In this document: positions 17,213 to 24,443 of the stretch, piece by piece
Layout of the letters: every line of letters starts with the position of its first letter
Numbering within the stretch: position 1 is the stretch's first letter
From: Promethearchaeum syntrophicum
Lineage (GTDB): Archaea; Asgardarchaeota; Lokiarchaeia; Sigyniarchaeales; Promethearchaeaceae
NCBI RefSeq assembly: GCF_008000775.2
Contig: NZ_CP042905.2
Span: 720,001-752,000, forward strand
Direction: 5' to 3'
Length of the DNA stretch: 32,000 bases
Notes under the pieces: model-generated
Told to the model about the DNA's origin: nothing
Databases searched by the model: none
Seen by the model: the letters and a program-made list of their open reading frames with translations, nothing else
Made by a program: the position numbers and the translations under genes

Positions 17213-17396
17213 TTATATATCACTATGAGGGTTAGGTAGGTAAATGATTTGAATTTATTTATACAATTTCAATTATATTGGGAACTTTACAAATATGTTC
17301 TTTAAATTAATTTCTAAAAACTTTACCCTTTTGCCCTAAAAAGTAAATTCTTAAATAGACGTGCTTTCTAAAGGGAGATAGAAGGGGGGATACCTT

Positions 17397-17600
17397 TTGT
17401 CTAAATTATTTAAGAAAAATAAAACAAAATTTTCAAAGAAAAATAACAAATTTTCGTCGAATTCATCAAATTTCTTTAATGAAATTCAGAAAGCTATCGA
17501 ATATAGAGATGAAAAAGTATATAGGAAATTATCTATAGAGTTTTCAAAGATTTGGTTAAATAAATTTTCTAAAGATTTAAATTTGATTGAGAAAATCTAA
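17397..17600 (+). CDS. Possible small Lys-rich protein (67 aa)
   Basis: TTG start preceded by a purine-rich GAAGGGGGGATACC stretch, 2-15 nt upstream. The N-terminus is low-complexity and K-rich. The 3' end overlaps the convergent hydrolase gene by 24 nt. Support is weak. Confidence 0.25.
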   Translation: MSKLFKKNKTKFSKKNNKFSSNSSNFFNEIQKAIEYRDEKVYRKLSIEFSKIWLNKFSKDLNLIEKI

Positions 17601-18359
17601 AACTAATTTATTAAATTCTTCAGGTTTTTCCATTGGAACCGCATGATGAGAATTTTTTATAATCGCTATTTTACAATTAGGTATTTTTTTTACATATTCT
17701 TCTTTTGCTTCAACTGGCGTATAATCTCCATCAGATGCAATCACAATAGTTGGACATTTTATTTTGTGAAGTTCTTCTTCTACTGACCAATTTTTTAGAG
17801 AATTCATAGCTAATAAATAAGATTTCTTATCATTTTCTGCCCAATGGATAGCAACTTTTTTTCTTAATTCTTCTTGTGTAGGAAAAGGAAAAAGCCTTGG
17901 TGCAAGAAATTCTCCCATTTTTTTCATTCCTAAGAGTTTTACTATTAGTGTTCTTATAAAGAACTGTTTTCTTTCTCCAAATGTCTTTACAGAGAGTTTA
18001 ACTGACATGTTAACTGCAATCAAACTTTTTACAAGATCTGGATAGTTGATTGCTAATTCAAACCCAGTTGCTGTTCCCATTGAAAGACCTAAAATATTTG
18101 TATGCTTTATATTTAAAGCTTCAAGGAACATAGCAACATCATCCGCGAATCCCCGAATTGAATAAGGTCCATTAGCTTTACTCGTTTTTCCATGACCTCT
18201 AAGATCGATGGTAATGACTTTATACTGTTTAGAAAGTTGAGGAATTTGATATTCCCAATCTTGAGTACTCGAGCCCAAACCATGAATTAACAATAAAGGT
18301 TCTCCATTTCCATGAATCTCATAAAAGATATTAATATCATTTATTTTCATTGTCGGCAT
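17577..18359 (-). CDS. Alpha/beta-fold hydrolase
   Basis: 260-aa ORF. PLLLIHGLGSS (HG oxyanion), GLSMGTATG (G.S.G elbow), ASDGDY (Asp) and NSHHAVPMEKPEEF (His). Confidence 0.85.
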   Translation of the reverse strand: MPTMKINDINIFYEIHGNGEPLLLIHGLGSSTQDWEYQIPQLSKQYKVITIDLRGHGKTSKANGPYSIRGFADDVAMFLEALNIKHTNILGLSMGTATGFELAINYPDLVKSLIAVNMSVKLSVKTFGERKQFFIRTLIVKLLGMKKMGEFLAPRLFPFPTQEELRKKVAIHWAENDKKSYLLAMNSLKNWSVEEELHKIKCPTIVIASDGDYTPVEAKEEYVKKIPNCKIAIIKNSHHAVPMEKPEEFNKLVLDFLNQI

Positions 18360-18410
18360 TTTATTCTCTAAATAATTTATTGTATCTTTAGTCCTTATAA
18401 TAAAATAGGT

Positions 18411-19190
18411 ATGGTCAATTCTGATCTAATTTCACTTGAAAAATTATATGATAAATTGTATTCAAATTATGGCTCTCAAGGTTGGTGGCCATTACTTGAA
18501 TTAAAACCAAATATAAACCCTACCAACCGAGGAAGCTATACAGGTTATCATCCCGGAGATTATAAATATCCGAAAAGTGAAGAACAAATTTTTGAGATTA
18601 TAATTGGGACAATTCTTGCCCAAAGTACTTCTTGGGTGAATGCTGAAAGGGCCTTATGGAATTTGGCTCAAAATAATCTTATTTCAGAGAAGAAACTTAA
18701 TAATATTGGTTTAGAAGCGCTTTCCCAATTAATTCGTTCATCTGGATATTTCAACCAGAAAGCGAAAAAAATCCAAAATATGCTTCAATTTTTGTTGGAA
18801 AATCCAATTTCACATCTAAAAAATTCAAAAATTGGTATTCTTCGTAAAAAATTGATTAATATCAAAGGAATTGGGCCTGAAACAGCAGATTCCATTGCTC
18901 TTTATGCATTTAATAAGCCTATATTTGTTGTTGATACTTATACCAAAAGACTACTAAGCAGGATCGGTATAATTCCGCAAAAATCTAATTATGAAGATAT
19001 CCAAAACCTTTTTCATACTCAATTAAACTCTGATTCCGTAGTTTATAATGAATTTCATGCTTTAATTGTACAGCATTGCGTTTATATCTGTTCTTCAAAG
19101 CCTAAATGTTCAATATGTTTTCTAAATCGATATTGTTTGAAAAAAATTCTAATAAAATCAAAGAAGAAATCAGAGAAGAAAAAAAAATAA
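18411..19190 (+). CDS. Endonuclease III-related HhH-GPD DNA glycosylase (COG2231-like) with a C-terminal Cys cluster
   Basis: 259-aa ORF. It has the YGSQGWWP opening typical of the EndoIII-related subgroup, the helix-hairpin-helix IKGIGPETADSIALYAF, the catalytic-Asp region VVDTYTKR, and C-x5-C-x2-C-x5-C (CSSKPKCSICFLNRYC). Confidence 0.85.
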   Translation: MVNSDLISLEKLYDKLYSNYGSQGWWPLLELKPNINPTNRGSYTGYHPGDYKYPKSEEQIFEIIIGTILAQSTSWVNAERALWNLAQNNLISEKKLNNIGLEALSQLIRSSGYFNQKAKKIQNMLQFLLENPISHLKNSKIGILRKKLINIKGIGPETADSIALYAFNKPIFVVDTYTKRLLSRIGIIPQKSNYEDIQNLFHTQLNSDSVVYNEFHALIVQHCVYICSSKPKCSICFLNRYCLKKILIKSKKKSEKKKK

Positions 19191-19216
19191 AAATTCAATT
19201 GCATTACTAAAAAGAA

Positions 19217-19927
19217 TTATTTTGCTTCATCAACAACGGGATTACGGAGAATTCCAATATTTTCAATTTCAACCTCAACAATATCACCATGCTTTATTCG
19301 AGCCACTCCTTTAGGAGTCCCCGTCGAAATTATATCACCTGGAATTAAAGTGAAATTTTTTGAAACAAATGAGATTATATCAGGAATTGAGAAAATCATA
19401 TGCTTTGTATTTGAATCTTGCATTATTTCTCCATTAACTCGGCCTTGAATCCTTAAATTTTGTGGATCACCAATATCTTCGGTTAAAACTACTTGTGGTC
19501 CAATTGGACCAAAAGTATCAAAGGATTTTCCGCGAAACCAACCAGATCTGTCTCCTGTTTGTATATTTCGCTGACTAACATCATTAAAGCATGTAAATCC
19601 ATAAATATGATTCATCGCTTTTTCATTTTCTACATTTTTACATTTATCCCTAATTATTATAGCTAATTCTGCTTCATAATCAGTTCTTTTATCATCAAAA
19701 CCGTATTCTGATACAAATTTCGGAATAACTATAGTTTCTCCTGATTCAATTAATACATTCGGTGTTTTAGGGAACAATACAGGTTCTTTTGGAGGTTCAA
19801 GAGTTCGGCCTTGAACCTTAACTGAATGGCTTTCCGCAATGTGTTCCCGATAATTCAAACCAAGTGCAATTATTTTACTTGGATTAATATCCATAAATTT
19901 ATTTGATCCAAAAATTGGTAGTTTCAT
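19217..19927 (-). CDS. Fumarylacetoacetate hydrolase (FAH)-family enzyme (2-keto-4-pentenoate hydratase / oxaloacetate decarboxylase-like)
   Basis: 236-aa ORF. KIIALGLNYREH, YEAELAIII, FTCFNDVSQR, RGKSFDTFGPIGP and PGDIISTGTPKGV are in the canonical FAH order. Confidence 0.9.
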   Translation of the reverse strand: MKLPIFGSNKFMDINPSKIIALGLNYREHIAESHSVKVQGRTLEPPKEPVLFPKTPNVLIESGETIVIPKFVSEYGFDDKRTDYEAELAIIIRDKCKNVENEKAMNHIYGFTCFNDVSQRNIQTGDRSGWFRGKSFDTFGPIGPQVVLTEDIGDPQNLRIQGRVNGEIMQDSNTKHMIFSIPDIISFVSKNFTLIPGDIISTGTPKGVARIKHGDIVEVEIENIGILRNPVVDEAK

Positions 19928-20160
19928 TATAATATCAATAGAAAAACCAATTTTAAATCATTACAAAATATTATTTTTTTTTACAATTGCAAATATTATT
20001 AGAAAAAAACAAATTTTTTTTATAACTTATACAATAAATAGAAATAATAACTAATTTAATATGTGAAATTTCAAATTTCATGTTTCTATTAAATAATTAT
20101 ACGATTTAAAAATTGTAAAACTACACGCACGCATGAATTTCAAATGAGAAGATAACTAAT

Positions 20161-21114
20161 ATGACGAAAAAATACGTTTACAAAATTCTTGTGGCAGGAC
20201 AAGGTGGTGTTGGTAAAACTACACTACTTACAAGAATTGTTACTGGAAAATTCGTTCAAAATACTGCTATGACTATTGGCGTGGAGTTTCATCTTTTAAA
20301 TTTAGCCCTAGGAAACGAAAATGAAAAAGTTAACACCGTTATCCAATTATGGGATTTCGGAGGGCAAGAAAGATTTCGTTTTATGTTAGATTCATATGTT
20401 GCTGGTGCACGAGGTGCACTATTGTTATACGATATGACAAGACTTCGAACTTTGGATGGTTTGGATGAATGGGTTAACATTGTGAGAACTCATGATAAAA
20501 ATCTTCCAATTCTTTTTGTAGGAACTAAATTAGATCGCGTTGAAGATATTACTGTAAGTGATGATTACGCAAAAGAATTCTTAGAACCACTCAATATGTT
20601 TGATCATATGAAAATTTCAAGCAAGGATGGAACAGGCGTTGAACAAGCATTCAAGAAAATAACTAGGAAAGTGCTAGAAATTAACGGTGTTTATGTTCCT
20701 CCAGAAGCAGAGGTTGAACCTCAAGATCTTGAAAAAATGCTCGGAAATGAACCATCAACAATTCCAACTCCCGTTAGCGAACCATCAACAATTCCAACTC
20801 CCGTTAGTGAACCACCAACAATTCCAACTCCCGTTAGCGAACCATCAACAATTCCAACTCCCGTTAGTGAACCACCAACAATTCCAACTCCCGTTAGCGA
20901 ACCACCAACATTTCCAACTCCCGTTAGCGAACCACTAACAATCCCGACTCCAGTTAGTGAACCACCAACAATTCCTGCTCCAATAAGCGAACCTCCAATT
21001 ATTCCAGCACCTGATAGTGAAACTACTCCTGTTGAGGAAACTGAAGAAAAAAAGAAGCCCAAAAAGGATCCTGAAGAAGATCTTTATTCCTATTTTACTA
21101 AATCCTCAAGTTAG
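20161..21114 (+). CDS. Rab/Ras-like small GTPase with a C-terminal Pro/Thr/Ser-rich decapeptide-repeat tail
   Basis: 317-aa ORF. G1 is VAGQGGVGKTT, the switch-I Thr is in MTIGVEF, G3 is LWDFGGQERF, G4 is VGTKLD and G5 is ISSKDG. Residues ~195-290 are 9 copies of EP[SP]TIPTPVS, followed by an E/K-rich tail. There is no CAAX or TM segment. Confidence 0.9.
   Translation: MTKKYVYKILVAGQGGVGKTTLLTRIVTGKFVQNTAMTIGVEFHLLNLALGNENEKVNTVIQLWDFGGQERFRFMLDSYVAGARGALLLYDMTRLRTLDGLDEWVNIVRTHDKNLPILFVGTKLDRVEDITVSDDYAKEFLEPLNMFDHMKISSKDGTGVEQAFKKITRKVLEINGVYVPPEAEVEPQDLEKMLGNEPSTIPTPVSEPSTIPTPVSEPPTIPTPVSEPSTIPTPVSEPPTIPTPVSEPPTFPTPVSEPLTIPTPVSEPPTIPAPISEPPIIPAPDSETTPVEETEEKKKPKKDPEEDLYSYFTKSSS
20749..21020 (+). 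repeat. 30-nt in-frame tandem repeat (about 9 copies) encoding EP(S/P)TIPTPVS
   Basis: The unit GAACCATCAACAATTCCAACTCCCGTTAGC has a 30-nt period. Positions 20761-20820 and 20821-20880 are an exact 60-nt duplication, and the copies diverge toward the 3' end. Confidence 0.95.
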
Positions 21115-21126
21115 AGCGAATGCAGA

Positions 21127-21564
21127 GTGTCTTTACCAGCTAAATCTCAAATTTTAATTTTTTTAGATGCAAATTTTATTTTAACACCTTCAACTTTAAA
21201 TGTCGATATTTATAAAGAATTGAAAATAAATTTTCCTAATACATACAAATTGGTTGTTCTTTCTGCTATTTTTACTGAATTAGAAGAAAAAATAAAGAAA
21301 TATCCACGGAAAACTAAATTGAAACAAGAGTATCAATTATGCCGTGCGATTTTGGAACGACAAACATATACCCTAATTCAATGTGAACGACAACATCCTG
21401 GTAAGTTAGTTGATGATTTGTTGTTAGAATTTGCTTTAAATTCCTCTAAAAAAGGTAATAATGTTTATATTGCAACTAATGATAAAGAATTACGTAAAAA
21501 ATGTAGAGATAAAAAAATTAAAGTAATTTTTGTGCGGCAAAACAAATTTTTAGAGATTGAATAA
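21127..21564 (+). CDS. PIN-domain nuclease, Fcf1/Utp24-like
   Basis: 145-aa ORF with a GTG start 12 nt after the GTPase stop. The four acidic PIN positions are in order: FLDANF, FTELEE, VDDLLL and IATNDKELRKKCRDKKIKVIFVR (VATND.eLr...r..gi.vi..r is the Fcf1-type ending). Confidence 0.7.
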   Translation: MSLPAKSQILIFLDANFILTPSTLNVDIYKELKINFPNTYKLVVLSAIFTELEEKIKKYPRKTKLKQEYQLCRAILERQTYTLIQCERQHPGKLVDDLLLEFALNSSKKGNNVYIATNDKELRKKCRDKKIKVIFVRQNKFLEIE

Positions 21565-21720
21565 GATTTGAAGTCTATTCAAGATAACCAAAATAAAATT
21601 AAAAGAGAATCCTAAAATGAAAATAATCAACTCACAATTCGAATCCAAATGGTGAAAAGTTGGTGCTAGAGAATAAGAACAAGGAGATACAACCATCGTT
21701 ATCTCAAAAAAATTAAATAA

Positions 21721-23892
21721 TTATTTCTGGGCTGGGTGTTTAAATTTTATTAATAAAACAACAGCAACTCCAACAATCGAGAGAAATGGGGCGCCGATGT
21801 AAAGCCCTATAAGCCATGGACTTTCGGGATCTGTTTCATCCAATGGATTGGTTCCATCCCTAACTTCATCCCCGTCACTATAACCATCCCCGTCCGTGTC
21901 GGGATTAAGGGGATCTGTAACGTAGTTGTCAACTTCGTAACCATCAATAAGCCCATCCTCATCCGTATCTCTATTGAACGGATCCGTATGAAATTCAATT
22001 TCTCTTCCGTCGTTTAGTCTGTCATCATCGCAATCAGAGTCATTTGGATCGGTTTCGTAAACATATATTTCTTCGTAGTCGCTCAATCCATCTTCATCAG
22101 TGTCGCGTTCTGTGGGATCGGTATGAAATGTGAAAATTTCTTCATAATCACTTAATATGTCGTAGTCGCTATCTATTTTATTGGGATTCGTGAAATAGAC
22201 GAAAATTTCATCCCGATCATTTACACCATCATCATCGCTATCTGCTTTATTGGGATTTGTTCCGTGCGTGTATTCTTCCAAATTAGTCAAATTGTCGTTA
22301 TCGGGATCTCCATCGGTATTATTGGTGTAGAGGGGATCGAATAAATAAATGAGTTCCCAGCCATCAGGCAAGAGGTCGCCATCGCAGTCCCAATTATTCG
22401 GATCACACCCGTGTATCAATTCCTGCCCATCAATAAGAAGATCATCATCGGAGTCGTTATTGTTCGGATCGGTATCATAAAAATATATTTCATCATAATC
22501 ATTTAACCCGTCTTCGTCAGTGTCGTTATTATTGGGATTCGTAAAATATACGAAAATTTCATCTCCGTCAATTAATGCATCATTATCGGTGTCGTTGTTG
22601 GTTGGATTGCATCCGTATAATATTTCATCATAATCATTTAACCCATCTTCGTCCGTGTCACTGCTCGTAGGATCAGAATGATGAATGTTAATTTCATCCC
22701 AATCCCCTAAGAAATCCCAATCTGTGTCCCAATAATTCGGATTTGTACCGTGCGTTTGTTCTTCTAAATTGGTCAAATTGTCGTTATCGGGATCTTCAAT
22801 TGCGTCCTCGGGTTGTAGTGGGTTTAGATCGTTATCAATTTCCCAAAGGTCGAACATTAAATCACCATCCGTGTCGTTAGTGTTCGGGTTTGTGTGATAA
22901 TTATTTATTTCGACACGATCATTAATTCCATCCCCGTCCGTGTCGGGATTAAGTGGGTCAGTATTGTAATCAAACACTTCTGCGCCGTCCGTCAGCCAAT
23001 CACCATCGCTATCTAGATCATTTGGATCTGTGTTGTAGATATTGATTTCATCTCCGTCAATTAATGCATCATTATCGGTGTCGTTATTATTGGGATTCGT
23101 AAAATATACGAAAATTTCATCTCCGTCAATTAATGCATCATTATCGGTGTCGTTATTATCGGGGTTTGTTCCGTTCGTGTATTCATCATAGTTAATTAGA
23201 TTATCGTTGTCAGGATCTTCGTATCTATCGAATTGCAAGGGATCGAGATTATATTGAACTTCCCAACCATCTCGCATCCAATCATCATCACTGTCCCAGT
23301 CTCTTGGATATGTAGAATATAAGAATATTTCATCCCAATCATACAACCAATCGGAATCCGTGTCGTTATTATGAGGATTGGTATTGTATATTAAAACTTC
23401 TTCTTCATCGTTTAACCCATCATCATCACTATCTGGATCATTGGGATCTGTGTTGTGGATATTATTTTCATCCCAATCATTTAACCCATCATCATCACTA
23501 TCTGGATCATTGGGATCTGTGTTATGTGTTACTTCATCACCATCAATTAAACCATCACCATCCGTGTCGTTATTGCAGGGATTTGTGAAATAGGTCTTGA
23601 TTTCATCTCCGTCTAATAACCCATCCTCATCGGTGTCGTTATTATGTGGATTGGTATCGTACGTATATTCCTCCAGATTTATTAAATTATCATTCTCAAT
23701 ATCATCGTTGGCATTCGCTTGTAGGGGGTCAAGATTGTATTGAACCTCCCAACCATCAGGCATGAGGTCATCATCACTATCCCAATCATTTGGATCTGTA
23801 TTGTGAATATTGATTTCATCGTAATCTGAAAGCCTATCATCATCACCATCACCATCATAAATAATTTGCAGACCTTCAGAACCCGAAGCCAA
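21721..23892 (-). CDS. Asp-rich thrombospondin-type-3-like Ca-binding repeat surface protein with a C-terminal TM anchor; apparently 5'-truncated
   Basis: 723-aa ORF made of dozens of D.D.DG..D.DE / N.D[TS]D.D units (NDTDGDGLIDGDE, DPDSDDDGLND) interspersed with PDGWE.QYNLDPL modules. The C-terminal hydrophobic helix GAPFLSIVGVAVVLLI is followed by KFKHPAQK. It has a TTG start and no signal peptide, and the frame stays open 28 codons upstream to 23976. Confidence 0.75.
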   Translation of the reverse strand: MASGSEGLQIIYDGDGDDDRLSDYDEINIHNTDPNDWDSDDDLMPDGWEVQYNLDPLQANANDDIENDNLINLEEYTYDTNPHNNDTDEDGLLDGDEIKTYFTNPCNNDTDGDGLIDGDEVTHNTDPNDPDSDDDGLNDWDENNIHNTDPNDPDSDDDGLNDEEEVLIYNTNPHNNDTDSDWLYDWDEIFLYSTYPRDWDSDDDWMRDGWEVQYNLDPLQFDRYEDPDNDNLINYDEYTNGTNPDNNDTDNDALIDGDEIFVYFTNPNNNDTDNDALIDGDEINIYNTDPNDLDSDGDWLTDGAEVFDYNTDPLNPDTDGDGINDRVEINNYHTNPNTNDTDGDLMFDLWEIDNDLNPLQPEDAIEDPDNDNLTNLEEQTHGTNPNYWDTDWDFLGDWDEINIHHSDPTSSDTDEDGLNDYDEILYGCNPTNNDTDNDALIDGDEIFVYFTNPNNNDTDEDGLNDYDEIYFYDTDPNNNDSDDDLLIDGQELIHGCDPNNWDCDGDLLPDGWELIYLFDPLYTNNTDGDPDNDNLTNLEEYTHGTNPNKADSDDDGVNDRDEIFVYFTNPNKIDSDYDILSDYEEIFTFHTDPTERDTDEDGLSDYEEIYVYETDPNDSDCDDDRLNDGREIEFHTDPFNRDTDEDGLIDGYEVDNYVTDPLNPDTDGDGYSDGDEVRDGTNPLDETDPESPWLIGLYIGAPFLSIVGVAVVLLIKFKHPAQK

Positions 23893-24009
23893 AAAGATAT
23901 AATTTCCACTGAGAAAAATTCCCCGAGGGTTCCCTCCATTATAAATCTGATCTTTATTAAAGTAAAAAAACCGCTTTTATATCCCAAAAAATGAAAGAAT
24001 CTCGTTATT

Positions 24010-24363
24010 TTATTCTATAATTTCAAAAAGGACTTTCGAACCTGATGAATTTACTATTTTGATTTTATCTTGTTTAATTAAATATCCAAAACACGCAAAA
24101 GTCTCACGATATGGTAATCCAAATATTTCTTCAATTTCACTTCGATCATCAAAATTTATATAATTCTCATCAAAAACTTGTAATTCATTAAGAATATCAC
24201 TTATTTTTTTTAAAATTTGGTTAGCACCATCTTCAGAAATTATAATTGGACTTAATATTAAACTGTCTTTATTTTTCCGAAAATTAAATTTTATTTCATT
24301 AGATTTTAAAAATATATTTTCATTCTTTAACAATTTTTGATAAGAAGAGTTAATACTTTCCAA
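24010..24363 (-). CDS. Hypothetical small protein (117 aa from TTG; frame open for 41 more codons upstream)
   Basis: Last gene of the three-gene cassette, with no recognisable motif. The reading frame is open from 24486, overlapping the end of the upstream gene. Confidence 0.5.
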   Translation of the reverse strand: MESINSSYQKLLKNENIFLKSNEIKFNFRKNKDSLILSPIIISEDGANQILKKISDILNELQVFDENYINFDDRSEIEEIFGLPYRETFACFGYLIKQDKIKIVNSSGSKVLFEIIE

Positions 24364-24443
24364 AATTTGTTTGGAATTTCTAAGAGTATGGTTAATAACT
24401 ATTGCAATTTCTTCAATATTATCCTCTGGTCGATTATGTGCAT

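Noticed and set aside
20749-21020. Regular 30-nt repeat array considered as a possible CRISPR or minisatellite
   Set aside because: The repeats are contiguous with no spacers. They are in frame with and internal to the GTPase ORF, and they encode a coherent decapeptide. No cas genes are present.
20289-21062. Three ORFs overlapping the GTPase gene (20289-20480 -, 20687-20938 +, 20721-21062 -)
   Set aside because: The G-domain motifs fix the true frame. The other frames stay open only because the 30-nt tandem repeat lacks stops in all frames (HQQFQLPLAN and GSLTGVGIV pseudo-repeats).
21638-21646. TTCGAATCC string resembling a tRNA T-loop in the PIN/TSP3 intergenic spacer
   Set aside because: On either strand, the 5 nt on each side of the 7-nt TTCGAAT loop (CACAA/CCAAA, or TTGGA/TGTGA) are not complementary. 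No acceptor or anticodon stem can be drawn, and the region is not GC-enriched as archaeal tRNAs are.
21807-23987. Track ORFs 21807-21998 (-), 23378-23593 (+), 23682-23987 (-)
   Set aside because: They are alternative-frame or antisense shadows of the highly repetitive Asp-rich gene. Their translations are Met/Ile/Gly/Ser-rich pseudo-repeats mirroring the GAT/GAC periodicity.
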